Assembly (NCBI RefSeq): GCF_009914755.1
Contig: NC_060942.1
Reading direction: 5' to 3' (one strand)
DNA from: the human T2T-CHM13v2.0 reference genome, Homo sapiens
Length of the DNA stretch: 64,000 bases
Under the pieces are notes generated by a model that was given only the letters and a program-made list of their open reading frames with translations, was not told where the DNA came from and did no database searches. The translations under genes and the position numbers were made by a program. Below are positions 42,369 to 57,416 of this stretch, one piece after another. Numbering within the stretch: the stretch's first letter is position 1; the number at the start of each line of letters is the position of its first letter.

Positions 42369-43709
42369 GTGTAGTGCACAAGGGTCACCCAGGAGCCTTG
42401 TGAGCGGGCAGGTGGTTCTCCAAGCAGGTTCTTGAGGAAGGGCTGTAGAGTGAAGCTTTGGTGGCAGTGATGACCCTGGGATGCGCTGTGGCCCATTTCG
42501 GGGCCTGCTGTCCTCACCAGCTGGCAGCTCAGGCTCCCTGGCTTCACACCAGTGGGGTCACTTTCTCATTTAGGATGCTGCTTTTGGACAAAAGTCCTGT
42601 GGGTCCTCAGCGCCTCAGGACAAACTCCATCAGCTGCCCCTCTGGCTCCTGCCTGGCCCCTGCTACGCCACGTGGACTTGGGCTCTGCTGGCTGAGCTGC
42701 CAGTACCTCGTTTGCCACGCCCTCTCCCTCCCACCCACTGCACAGGTGGCTCCTGTGCCTGGCATCCAGGATGTGCCTGCAGCCACACACCCTGCCATTA
42801 GCGCTTCCCTGCTGCCCCCCTCAGCCCTTCCACTCTGGCCTGCGGACATGGGAGCAGGAGGCTTTGTGAGCAGCACGAGCCGGGTGGGTCTTCTGGAGCC
42901 TGTGTCTATCCAGATACATTAGTGTTTCTGTTAAGCTTTGGTGGGTTAAGTTCATTCTGTATATTCTTTTCTGTACTTTAAAAAAAATTATCAAATACAA
43001 AATTTTTAAACCAAATTGATTAATTAGCATGCATTGTCCAACAAGTAATTTAAAAATATCCAATAGAAATTGTGTAGCTTTATTTGAATCTTTTTTCTAT
43101 TAGCTGGCAAACTTAGACTTGTGCTGATTTAATACTCTGAAAACTTGCAAAAACCAGATGAAAACTTTCTTAGCTTTTTGAATGGTATTTTTCTAAACAT
43201 AATGAATCCTTGGTAGCAATAAAACCACCATTTTATTGTCAAGAGATTAATGAACCTACAAGAAAATGGCTGTAAATATGTAAATTAAATTTGACCTGAA
43301 AATTAGAAGGTGGTCAAGAGAAATTAACCGGTGTCTAATGATGATTGTTCAGTTAAGAGTTATTCACTAGGGGATAAATGTCGAATGATTTAATATTACT
43401 TCCTTAAAATGACATGTGCTCCTTGAATTTAATGAGGAAACGGACTAATAGCACGGGGAAGAGATCCAATGTGAAGAAATCAAGTTGTTCAGCATTATAC
43501 CACCCTGAACACTGCACTCTGTGCATGGAAAAATAAGAATCTCCCTAAATGGACTGAAGGAAACAGTAATATAAACATAGAAATTACTGTACATATTTAA
43601 AAGATAGGAAAGTCATGTAAACTTATTATGTATTATTTTTTGTTTCTTTGTAAAATCCATGAAAGAAGATGTTCCTAAAAACAGAGAAAGGTGGTCTTAC
43701 TTTACTTAA

Positions 43710-44047
<338 letters not shown>

Positions 44048-44058
44048 TAGTATTCTTA

Positions 44059-44428
<370 letters not shown>

Positions 44429-45742
44429 TTATAAGTCCATAATTCTAATTTAAAACTTGAAAAGGGCCCAATTTTGGAAGAATATTGTGGGAGTAAGTGA
44501 TAATTTTAATTCAGAGAAAATTGGCTAATTTTGAAATGTAATTCTGATTTATTTGTTCCAAACTTTAGACTCTTCAGGGGTGAGGAGGAGCAGGCCGGTG
44601 GTAGTTGTGTGTCCTGCTTGCCCACTGAAGTCTGACAGTTTTATCAGGAGGTGTAAACGTGCATGCAGAAAATCTATTCAAGAAAGCAAAATGATTTTTA
44701 GTTCTTATTCTGAATACAAGAAGAAGCAATTTACTTATTCATGAAGGGAATTCTCTTTTATACTAATTCTTGTCATAAAAAAACAAACTTATTATTACAG
44801 ATAATTGGTCAGGTGCAAAACATTTAAAACTTTGTATTTAGGTATATAAATGTGGCTTTTTAAGTCTAAATTTGACTGTGGAGTGACCCAGAAATTGGCA
44901 AATCTTATTACAGACTCCTGATGGGAAAAGAAGCCAATTCTGAAGTAACAAGTTAGTTGTAAGTTTAACACTGAGAGTCATCTGGCCCATGCTGTTTAAA
45001 GCTTTCTTAATTTTGTGCCTTTCTTAGCCTTGATCTTCTACAAGTCGTTCATATTTACTCTTGTACTTGTAAATATCTTGACATTTTTATTGAGGCACAA
45101 TGTTTTGTTTTAAGTTTATTAAGAGTTGTGTATAGGCCGGTAAAATTATGAACTGCTAAGAAAAATATTTCTAATGAAATTGTACATGTGAGCAGTAAGT
45201 GAGGTTGATTTATGGGTACTTGACAATGGTATAGTGAAGTTTGTTATTGCATAGAATGCCTTTCATCAGTATCCAGCCCTTGCTCATATTTTACAGCATT
45301 TCCCAGATTCAGTCGAACATTGACATTCCTGGGTCTCAGCAGGCCCAAGTTAATTCAGTAGTCATGGGTGGGGCTGGCGTCTGTGCTGTTCATTACCCAC
45401 CTTCCCTGTGACTCTGACGCAGCTGCCCCAGCTGCCAGGGCCAACAGCTGTTGCGCCATTCCTCTCTGCTGGGGCTTGGTGCTTGCTGTTACATTCTCAT
45501 GTTGCAAAATTCATGTGCTCCAGGGAAATGCAAATTCCTGTAATCTTTACCTCAGTGTAAACCAAATATAGTAAAGAAACCAACTGCAAATAATAATACA
45601 AACCAAAAGTAAATAACCTTTAGATTATATTGTTTTAGCTGATTTGTGTATCACTTCCATAAGTATAGCTAATCGTTGAGTTTAGCTTTTATTGGACACT
45701 GATTTTTAAATCAGGGTATTTGCATTAAGAATACTTAAGGTT

Positions 45743-46075
<333 letters not shown>

Positions 46076-46742
46076 TTACATTGTATTCAAGTTTTTTTAA
46101 TTTAAGTTTTTATTTTGAGATAATTGTAGACTCATGGGCAATTTTTAAAAAATAGTACAGAGAGATTCCACATACACTTACCCAGTTTTGCCCAACAGGA
46201 GCATGTTGCAGAACTGTAGTATAATATCACAAACAGTTGTTATCATTGATAAGCCAAGATACAGAATATTTCCATCATCTCAAGGACCCCTCATGTTGCT
46301 TTTTATAATGACTTCAAGACCCTCTTAACCCTGACATCTGCCACTCTGTTCTTTATTTCTGTAATTTTGCTGTTTCAAAACAACAAGAAGTTGTAATTTT
46401 TCCCTTGATATACCTATACAAGCTAAGACTCTCAAATATCTTACCTTTAGTTTGGGAATATATTAATTTATTGAGCCAATTGGTTCTTATGTGCATCAGA
46501 ATTTCTGACCAGCAGTTTTTTTGGTCTTTGATTAATAAAACAAATGTGAATTAATAAGTCCAGGTTGATTAATACAGTTTTTCAAATTGGGTAGTCTGAT
46601 AAGGGTGGTGGCAGCAGCTGTCAACAGACATGTCACAAAAAAGTATAGCATTCACCGGTATTTGAAAATAGCAATATTCAATCAACTTCTCTATGTAGGG
46701 AGGTAGGGAACATGAAGCTTTGTTAGTATAGGTAGGAACTTC

Positions 46743-47030
<288 letters not shown>

Positions 47031-47313
47031 AAGAACTTTTCAATTTAGATCATGTTTATGTAAAAAATTAGGCTGATATATGGAGATACCTAAAATAGCC
47101 TAATTTTGCTTTTTTAAAAAGCTGCATATGGGAAGTAAGGAACCCAAATCAAGTTAGAAGCTCTCTTTCTCTGGAATCCCTGATGATGACTGTATGTTTT
47201 TGGCTTCTATTTTGCCACCTGCCACTCTTTCCCTTAAGAAGTGAACCTAAAATTCTCTGATGGAGGAAGTTTTTAAAAATGCCATCTCAGTCCTATTTTT
47301 CCTCCACTGTGTC

Positions 47314-47667
47314 TGATATAGTTTGGCCGTGTCCCCACCCAGATCTCATCTTGAATTCCCATGTGTTGTGGGAGAAACCTGGTGGGAGGTAATTCATTCA
47401 TGGGGGCAAGTCTTTCCCTTGCTGTTCTCATGATAGTGAATAAGTCTCATGAGATCTGATGGTTATAAAAAGGGGAGTTTCCCTGCACAAGCTCTCCTCT
47501 CTTTGCTGCCATCCATGTAAGATGTGATTTGCTCCTTCATGCCTTCCACCATGATCATGAGGCTTCCCCAGCCACATGGAACTGTCAGTCCAATTAAACC
47601 TCTTTCTTTTGTAAATTGCCCAGTCAAGGGCATGTCTTTATCAGCAGCGTGAAAACGGACTAATATA
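47314..47667 (+). mobile_element. THE1B-like solo LTR (ERVL-MaLR)
   Basis: tgatatagtttggccgtgtccccaccc...attaaacctctttc...ggactaatata; 354 bp; 5-bp flanks gtgtc/gcatc. Confidence 0.9.
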
Positions 47668-48099
47668 GCATCCCCTCCTCAATTCTTAATTTCCTTTTGG
47701 GGGCTCAGCTTGTGTAGTTCCCTAAAACATTGAGAAACACCCCTCACCTTAAAGCACAGGAGCCAAGAACATCAGCCATGCTTCCTGTGGTCAGCCACGG
47801 TTTTAACTGTGTGTAAAATATGTTTAGAATCAGTGCTGATTACAGCAGTTCAAGTTGCATGCTGAATTATTTCTATAAATTTGCAGTAGATATTCAGACC
47901 TTTTAAGCTGCAGCTTCCTCTCTGCTCTTGTGCCCCATACCACCCTACCTTTCTCATTCTCTCGTATTCTCTCAGATCTGCTCTCATAGCTAGAGGTGTG
48001 CTGGGCTGGTAAGAAGACTTACAGTAGTTTTCTATAGCATAGCAAAATTGTATATGTGTTTCTAAGCAAATAAGTGTTTTTTAAATATACACACATGTA

Positions 48100-48690
48100 G
48101 AGACTCTGAGATGTAATTTATATAAGTTCACCTAATTATTTAAAGTATACAATTGAATGGTTTTCAGTGTATTTACAGAGTTGTACAACCATCACCATGG
48201 TCTAATTTTAGAACGTTTCATCACCCCTTAAAGAAACGTGGAGCCATGAGCCATCACTCCATGTTCCCCCGACCCCCGGCCCACCCTCACCGCTGCCCCT
48301 GGCAACTGCCAGTCCACTTTCTGTCTCCGTAGATGCATCCATTCTGGGTATTTCATAGAAATGTGATCATCCGTGTGGTCTTTTGTGACTGGCTTTTTTC
48401 ATTCCTTAGAGTATTTCCAAGGCTCCTCCATGCTGTAGCATGTACCAGAACTTTGTACCTTCTTATTACTGAACAATATTCCCTTATACCACATTTTCAT
48501 TTGTGCATTTATCGGTTGATGGGCATTTGGGCTGTTTCCATTTTTTGGCTATGGGTAATTCTCCTGTGGACATTTCTGTACAAGGCTTCTGTTTTCACTT
48601 CTCTTGGGTTGCTGGGTTACATGGTGACTCCACGGTTCACTTTTTGAGGAGCTACCAGCTTGTTTTCCAAGGTAGCTGCACCATAAAAGA
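48100..48690 (-). mobile_element. L1MB-like 3' end
   Basis: ttaaagtatacaattgaatggttttcagt...ttgatgggcatttgggctgtttcca. Confidence 0.78.
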
Positions 48691-48755
48691 TCTTTTAAAT
48701 TATTGCTTGTTTTGCTAAAGTTACAACTTCTGAAATAGTACTAATCTTTTGCCAG

Positions 48756-48887
48756 GGTCAGCAGTTCCCAGCGCTCCTCACGGATCCCTCTCTCTCGGGC
48801 CAGGGTGGAGCAGGCTCGCCGCAAGTCATACTAGTGAGCCACACGCCACAGTCAGCGTCTGCTGCTTGTGAAGAAATAGCCTACCAG
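48756..48887 (+). CDS. ZNF236: Coding exon P ([44 protein letters not shown]), 132 nt, phase 0->0
   Basis: ctaatcttttgccag| acceptor, CAG|gtacag donor, open GC-rich frame. Confidence 0.92.
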
Positions 48888-49670
48888 GTACAGGATATTC
48901 CTTCATTCACAGAGCTTTTGTCGCTTTTAAAAACATACAGATTCAGAAGGGATGGTGGTAGAGGGTTATGGGCGTGCTGTGTGACCCAGGTGGCTGGGGC
49001 TGACTTCTGAGGTGTCCCCGGCTGAATCCTGAGTGGACATAGGCCCTGCGGGGGCGTGTGTTGAATGACAGGTACGATATCTCATTCGTTTTGTGATTTG
49101 TTTCCTAGGGAGTGAGGTTTTAATACCACAGAATTAGATGTAGCCACAGTGATACGTAAATCTAATTTTAAATTTATTAATATCTTATTATATTTGCCTG
49201 CTGATCAGACTTCACATATCCAGCCACTTGCACTTAGTTCTTCTGCAGATTTTCTAGTAACACCTTTGCAGATTCTGTTAAGTGTCATACACATTTTCAT
49301 ATACGTGTGTGTGCGCGCGCGTGTGTTCAAGATCTGTCATTTGGCTAGTCTTTTTTCTTAAAATACATGTTTTTGGGAGCCAAAATATTTAGTAAGCAAT
49401 AGTCTAAATATGGAAGAGTCTAAAATCTCTTTCCTTAAAAGTTTCCAGGGTCAGAATTAAAGCACAGATGATGAATAATTTCTGAATTTAGGAAGCATTA
49501 AACATTTTTAGCAAATGAGTTTTCAAAATAATGACTTACCGGTTTTTCTGTAGAACAAGGGCTTTTTCACAAAGAGATGAGATATAACGAGCACTGGGGA
49601 TGTCCTGCAGTTTGACCTGAGTAACCAGAGCTGTCTCACTGAATTTCAGTTTGTATAACTTTAGCACATT

Positions 49671-50301
49671 TGTGTCTGGGGTCCCCAAGACTGCCTTCAG
49701 GTTTGACGATTCACTACAAGGTCTCACTGGATTCAGAAAAATCTGATCTACTGGTGGTTGTGGTTTATACTTGTGGTTACAATGGAAGGGTGCAGGTGAG
49801 AACCAGCGGAAGGAAAAGGCACGTGGGGTGGAGTCCAGAGAACCCAGGCACGAGCTTCCCAGTGTCTGCTCCAGTGAGGTCACACGGACACTGCTGATTC
49901 TCCCAGGAAAGTTGTGTGACACCGCCTGCCAAGTGTCGCCCACTTGGGAAGCTCAGCTAAGCTCTGGTATCCAGAATTGTTTTACAATCAGTCATGTGGC
50001 CATGGAGTGCCCGCGTGGTTGGGCTTAGCTATGCGGTCTCCAGGCCCCTGCCCCTCCAGGTCAAACGGATGCAGTGGTCCAGGTCCCCAGATGAAACAAA
50101 AACAGGCCTTCACCATAAGTCACATCATCAGCACAAACTATGTGGCATTGCCCAAGGTTCTGGGTATGAAATACACTCTTACCTACTAATAGCAGGATGT
50201 TCCAGGGGCTTATGGGTGATGCTCGGGAGCTGATCAGGGGCACTGTGGAGTGTGCAGGGTTTGAGCACCTCAGGCCTGGTGAGGTAACTGTTGACCACAC
50301 A
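49671..50301. mobile_element. MER21-like LTR
   Basis: tgtctggggtccccaagac...tgacgattcacta...gggaagctca...gagtgtgcagggtttgagca. Confidence 0.65.
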
Positions 50302-50825
50302 CATTCATTGAGACAGAAAAAGCATTGGCAGCTTGGTCATATTTTTAAGCTCTCTTTCTCATGATGCTTTTGTAGTGAAACCTTATTAGTCTGGTATGTT
50401 TCAGAGTTCCTAAATCAGTTCCAAGGCACACCTTACCTAATTCCTATATTTTATGTGACTAGTAAATGAAACTACTTTGCTATTTTTTAACATTATGATT
50501 TTAGCATTTGGTTTAATATAGGTAGAAGAATAATGTTTGTAGAGTAATCCTATGTTAAGATTAGTTTGAAATGTCTCCACTGAAGTGATATATTCCGTTT
50601 TAACTTCCATATTCCATTAGATGGAAATGAGAGAAACCAAATATTAAAACTTGGTCTAGCTTGTAATTTTTTTCAAAATTTGACAGATTAAATATAAAAA
50701 TGAGGTAGATAACCAATCTGTATGAGTGAATACAGGCATACCTCAGAGATAACATGCATTCAGTTCTAGAGCACTGCAATAAAGCGATTATCACAACAAA
50801 GTCATACATTAACATTATGATTTAG

Positions 50826-51191
<366 letters not shown>

Positions 51192-51654
51192 AGCATTACG
51201 TTTTTTTTTAAATGTACATACCTTAATTTAAAAATACCTTATTGCTAAAAATGCTAACGATCACCTGAGCCTTCAGTGAGTTGTAATCTTTTTGCTGGTT
51301 GAGGGTCTTGCCTTGATGTTGATGGCTGCTGACTGATCAAGGTGGTGGTTGTTGAAGTTTGGGGTGGCCGTGACGATTTCTTAAAATAAGACAACAGTGA
51401 AGTTTGCTGCGTTGATTCTTCCTTTCATGAAAGATTTCCCCATAGCATGCAATGATGTTTGATAGCATTTTACGCAAAGTAGAACCTCTTTCAAAATTGG
51501 AGTCCATCTCTCAAAGCCCACTGCTGCTTTACTAAGTTTCTGTAATCTTTTAAATCTTTTGTTGTAATTTCAACAATGTTCACCGCATCATCACCAGGAG
51601 TAGATTCCGTCTCAAGTAACTGCTTTCTTTGCTCATCCATAAGAAGCAACTCCT

Positions 51655-51781
51655 TGTCTGCTCAAGTTATATATACCTTTAGATCCCTATCTGCTCAGTT
51701 ATATATACCATGAGATCCTTATCTGCTCAGTTATATATACCATGAGATCCTTATCTGCTGAGTTATATATACCATGAGATT
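51655..51781. repeat. 32-bp tandem repeat x~4 (ATCTGCTCAGTTATATATACCATGAGATCCTT)
   Basis: Direct inspection. Confidence 0.9.
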
Positions 51782-53893
51782 GCAGCAATTCAGTCATCTT
51801 CAGGCTCCATTTCTAATTCTGTTGCCCATTCCTCCACATCTGTAGTTACTTCTTCTGCTGAAGTCTTGAACCTCTCAAAGTCATCCATGAGGGCTGGAAT
51901 CAACTTCTTCCAAACTCCTGTTAATGTTGATATTTTGACTTCCTCCCATGAATCACAAATGTTCTTAATGGCATATAGAGTGGTGAATCCTTTCCACAGA
52001 TTTTCACTTTACTTTGCCCAGATCCATCATAGGAATCACTATCTATGTCGGCTACAGCCTTATGAGATGTATTTCTTAGTAAGACTTGAAAGTTGAAATT
52101 ACTCCTTCATCCATGGGCTACAGTGTGGATGTCATGTTAGCAGACATGAAAGCAACATTCATCTCTTTGTACATCTCCATCACAGCTCTTGGGTGACCAG
52201 GTGCATTGTCAATGAGCAGGAATATTTTGAAAGGAATCATTTTTTCTGACCAGTAGGTCTCAGCAGTGGGCTTAAAATATTCAGTAAATCATGCTGTAAA
52301 CAGACGTGCTGTCATTCAGGCTTTATTGTTTCATTTGTAGAGCACAGAAAGAATGGATTTAGCATCATTCTTAAGGGCCTTAGGATTTTTGGAATGGTAA
52401 ATGAGCATTGGCTTCAACTTAAAGTCACTAGCTGCACTAGCCCCTCACAAGAGAGTCAGCCTGTCCTTTGAAGCCAGACACTGACTTTTCTGTAGCTATG
52501 AAAGTCCTAGAGCCATCTTCTTCCACTATAAAGCTGTTCTGTTTACACTGAAAATCTGTTGTTTAATGGAGTGACCTTCATCGATGCTCTTGGCTAGATG
52601 TTCTGGAGAACTTGCTGCAGCTTCTCCAGCAACACTTGCTGCTTCACCTTGCACTGCTATGTTATGGAGGGTGGCTTCTTTCCTTAGTTCTCATGGATTG
52701 ACCTCTGCTAGTTTCCAGCTTTTCTTCTGCAGCTCCCTCACCTCTCGGCCTTCATAACATGGAAGAGAGTTAGAGTCTTGCTCTGGATTAGGCTTTGGCT
52801 TAAGCGAGGATTGTGGCTGTTTTGATCTGTCTAGGCCATTAAAACTTTCTGCTTATCAGCAACAGTGCAGTTTCACTTTCTTATCATTCATGGGCTCACT
52901 GGATAACACTTTTAATTTCCTTCAAGAACCTTTCCTTCATTTCACAAGTTGGCTAATAGTTTGACACAAGAGGCTGAGCTTTCAGCCTGTCTCAGCTCTC
53001 TGCGTGCCTTCCTCATTAAGCTTAATCATTTCTAGGTTTTGAAGTGAGGGATGTGTGACTCTTCGTTTCACTTGAACACTTACAGGCATTGTGGGATCAT
53101 TAATTGGCCTCATTTTAGTATTGTTGTGTCTCAGAGAATAGGGAGGCCCAAGGAGAGGTGGGATGGCCAGTTGGTGAAGCAGTCAGACACAAACATTTAT
53201 AGGTTAAGTTTGCCATTTTATGTGGGTGGGGTTTGTGGTGCCTCAACACAATTACAATAGTAACATCAAAGATCGCTAATCACAGATCACTGTAATAGAT
53301 ACGCTGTAATGAAAAAGTTTGAAATATTGCGAGAATTACCAAAATGTGACACACACACGAACTGAGCATGTGCCGTTGGAAAAATGGCACCAGTAGACTT
53401 GCTCGAAGCAGCCTCGCCACAAACTTTCAATTTGTAAAAACGACAGGATATCTATGGAGGACAAAAAAAGCAAAGTTCAATGAAAACAAGGTATGCCTAT
53501 AATTAGTAAGAGAAATTCTCTTAGATGTTTTCTGTAAATTTCCCTTGTTAGGTTGTAGCACTGTTTGCCAACATTAATTGGTTTTAATCATGGTCTAATT
53601 TCATCCTAATGCTTTCTTGTCACAGATGGAATGCACATTGACGCTTCCAGGCTCTGACCTGGGCTCTGACCAGGGACTTGAGACACATGCCTGGGTCTGC
53701 CTCTGGCCTGTGCTTCTGGGAGGAAGCTGGGACCATTTGAAGCACCCTGGGTTTATCTGAACCCACGACAGAGTGGCTGGGAGTGCTGGCTGTAGCCTCT
53801 GGTGATGTCTGTGCATCCCTGCTCCCATGCTTTCTGGCCAGGAGCCCTCAGGCAATCCTACATCTGTGTGATGGCCTGTTTTTAAGACAGAGG

Positions 53894-54075
53894 TGGCCAG
53901 GCACAGTAGCTCACACCTGTAATCCCAGCATTTTGGGAGGCTGAGGCAGGAGGACTGCTTGAGCCCAGGAGTTCGAGACTGCTGTGAGCTATGATCACCA
54001 CTGTACTCCAACCTGGGTAACAGAGCAAGTTGGTGTTTCAAAGAAAACAAAAAAACAAAACAAAACCCAAACCCC
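53894..54075 (+). mobile_element. Monomeric Alu (FRAM/FAM-like or left/right fusion)
   Basis: Single Alu arm with CAAAA tail. Confidence 0.85.
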
Positions 54076-55811
54076 CAAACAGGGGTGTAGTTAGGACTAC
54101 CTCATAGTGGTCAGAGATTGGGCATGTAATGTTCCCTGGCACAGAGCACAGGTCCTGGTCCAAAGTAAGCACTCAGGTAAGGACCCTGCTGGTGGCGTTG
54201 GAGCAGCTACTACGGCCTGGGGCTCACTTCGCTCTCTGGTGAAGTCCCTAGAGCAACAGCCTTTGCTTTTTAAAAATCCTTTTCTTCATGGTTCATCTGA
54301 AGAGAAATCCATACTGATCTGACAAGATGTGTACTCACAATGGAAAAACGTCTTTATCCTAAGAGAGCCATTGACAGACTGCCCCCTTACTCAGCCTGTC
54401 TTTACTAAAACGAATGAACTAATTTCTGCCTGACCCTTCCCATAAGGATCAAGAGACCTGACCTAACTTTGTTAGCAACTTCAAGCTATTAAATCAGAGG
54501 GGAGCCGCTGCAGCAAACTGCCTTTCTTCCTTCACTCACTGCTTAAGGGGCCATGGCCTTCTTTTGAAACTGGTTTTGCAGGAGAAAAGAGCCGACACTT
54601 GCTGGCCAGGTGCCTAAGGCCAGGCTCCCACTAGGCATGTGGTCTTATGTAGCCGAGCCCTTCCCACAGCCTGTGAGGTGTCTAAGTGTCACGGCCCCGT
54701 TTTACTCACAAGGATTCTATCATTTAAGGGTAGCTTTGAATAACTTAAAGTCACCCTGCCAATAGAGACAGAGCTGGCATTTGAATCCAGATCTGTCTTA
54801 TCTCACTCTTCATGTCTGAATAGAAGAATATCGTTCTGAGCATTTACACCTGGATTTCCTGTTACTTGAGATCAGCTGGTCTCAGCTGGGAACTTTTTAG
54901 TAAGGGGCAGGTTTTTAGAGGGAGGTTTGGGGTCAGAAGGGTGATCATGTGCCCAGGTGTGTGTTGTGGGCAGCATTTCTTTGAAATATTGACCTTGTTT
55001 CAGTTCAGCAAACATTTAAGTTCCTGCCAGTGCCGGCCGCTGGACGCAGAGGATGTTGGATCCGCGCCCGTTCTTTCCGGGCTCATTAGGAGGTGGATGG
55101 AGAGGCCGCTTTCCTCCTTCTGCTTTCCAACAGCCACACTCCTCATGCTTGGGAGCGGGTGGACATACACGCTCCTACCCTCCCACCCCCATGCAGAATA
55201 ACCTGCTGTGGGAAGCACATTATTTCTAGCTGTGGCCAAGTTTATGCCTCAGGCTTAAAAATCATCTCACACTCATTCTGTAACCGATTTCCCCTTCTCC
55301 TTTGGGCAAGTATGATTTTAGCAAGATTCTATTAATATAATTCAGTCTCTAGATATGTAGTTATGAAATTCAGCAGAACATTGGAGATTTGTTTCACAGT
55401 AGTAGCAATAATTCAGAAGCTTTGCTTCTGATGCGATTATGCTGAAAAATATTTTACAGAAATAGTTTTTAAAGTTTCGTGTGTTTGTTTGTCTTTCCTT
55501 GAATGATGTGGACCAGATATTGAATTCTCACATCTCATGAGTAAAATGTTTGGTTCAGAAACAATTTTCTGTGTGTTCATTGCCATGACTACTGGTAGAT
55601 GCTTCGTAATACTGATGGAGGACATTAGGTCGCTCCATAACTACAGGTTTTTGTTTGAGTTGATGTTCTTCAGCATGCATTTATCTGCAGTTACACAACC
55701 AGCCTTTAGTGTCATTTATTCCTGTGCTTTTCAGACTTTTTTGACTCACATGGAATATATTTTATGCAGTGACCTCAACAGGCATGTGTTTCTGTCATTT
55801 TTCTTTACACT

Positions 55812-56048
55812 CACAGATATTCACATGTAGACACACACCTGACACAGGTGTCATTTTCTAGAATAACACCTATAGATACTCACCTGTAGACACACACCCG
55901 ACACAGGTGTCCTATTGTAGAATAACACCTGCAGATACTCACGTGTAAACTCACACACCTGACACAGGTATCATATTATAGAATAACACCTACAGATATG
56001 TGTAGACAGACACCTGACACACAGGTGTCATATTCTAGAATGACACCA
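55812..56048. repeat. ~59-bp tandem repeat x4 with internal palindromes
   Basis: cagata...tgtagacacacacctgacacaggtgtcat.ttctagaataacacc repeated. Confidence 0.9.
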
Positions 56049-56359
56049 GTCCCTGCACATCTCACGAGGCTGCAATGTCTTTTCTGATCTTTTCCTTTGT
56101 TCCTTTTTTTCCCCATTCCATTTTTTAAATTATAGCACAGATTAATAATATAGCACCCTGTATAAATCTTTTTTGTTGTTTAAGTATTTTTCTTTAATGT
56201 TTACTTATTTCTTATATTCCAGAATTAATGAAAAAGTATTTGATAAATTAGGAATAATAAAAATGTGGACAGATCTCATTAATTTTCATTATAATTGTTT
56301 TGTTAAGCCATCACATAGAAATTTGCAAAACTGGAATCTGTTGTTTATAAAAGCTGAGT

Positions 56360-56655
56360 CAGCCAGGTACAGTGTCTCACACTGTAATCCCAGCACTTGG
56401 GAGACTGAGGCAGGAGGATCCTTTGAGTTCAGGAGTTCTAAGACCAACCTAGGCAACATAGGGAGACCCTGTCTCTACAAAAAATAAAAAAGTTAGCTGG
56501 GCACGATGGTGAGGTGGTGCGTACCTGTGGACGCAGGCGTGCGGGAGGGCTGGGGTGGGAGGATTGCTTGAGCCCAGGAGTTTGAGGCTGTCCTGAGCTG
56601 CGATTGTGCCACTGAACTCCAGCCTGGGCAAGAGAGCAAGACTTCATCTCAAAAA
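56360..56655 (+). mobile_element. AluJ
   Basis: Diverged Alu, gggaggattgcttgagcccaggagtttgaggctg. Confidence 0.9.
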
Positions 56656-57218
56656 ATTTTTTCAAAAATTTTAAAAATGATTTTTTCAAGTGGTGGTGGC
56701 ATCCCATTAAGATGATTTGAAAACCGAATTGGTTGTGATCCACGGTTTGGAAAAAATGGTTTAATTCCATTAAAAGCTAGAAACACTTTTTGTTGTTACG
56801 AATTGTTTATCTAAAGCTACTACCAGTAGCGAGCATTTAGTGAAAGCTTGCCGTATGCAGCCCTTGGTAGGCAGGTGTTCTCCCATGAGGACGCGACCAC
56901 GGACTGGTTAAGTACTTAGCCCAGAGTAGCCCGGATAGTCACATTGGAGCTGGAATTTGCACCTGGTCAGTGCGGCGCCAGAGCTCATTCCTTAGCTGCT
57001 GTTGTGTGGTCTCAATCTTGCAGGACACAGTGTGCATTCTGGTCTCATATTGTGTGGAAGGCGCCTCTGGCTAAATTATCCTGATGATAGGACATGCAGT
57101 GTGGGCTTGGCGTGTCCGTGCTAGGAATGTCCCTCTTATCACCACGGTGTGTGTCAGTTCACAAACTGCACAAATCAAGCCAAGTGAGTGGAAAGTCACA
57201 ATTTCTGGCTCTTTCCAG

Positions 57219-57416
57219 GTAGCTGGCGTCTCTGGGAACCTGGCCCCGGGCAACCAGCCAGAGAAGGAGGGCCGGGCGCACCAGTGCCTGGAGTGTGACC
57301 GCGCCTTCTCATCGGCGGCGGTGCTCATGCACCACAGCAAGGAGGTGCATGGCCGGGAGCGCATCCACGGCTGCCCCGTGTGCAGGAAGGCCTTCAAGCG
57401 CGCCACGCACCTCAAG
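57219..57416 (+). CDS. ZNF236: Coding exon Q ([11 protein letters not shown]...CLEC...[15 protein letters not shown]), 198 nt, phase 0->0
   Basis: ctctttccag| acceptor, AAG|gtaggc donor; ORF 57084..57464. Confidence 0.95.

Noticed and set aside
55812-56048. Palindromic repeats resembling CRISPR repeats
   Set aside because: The whole unit repeats, so there are no spacers; only 4 copies.
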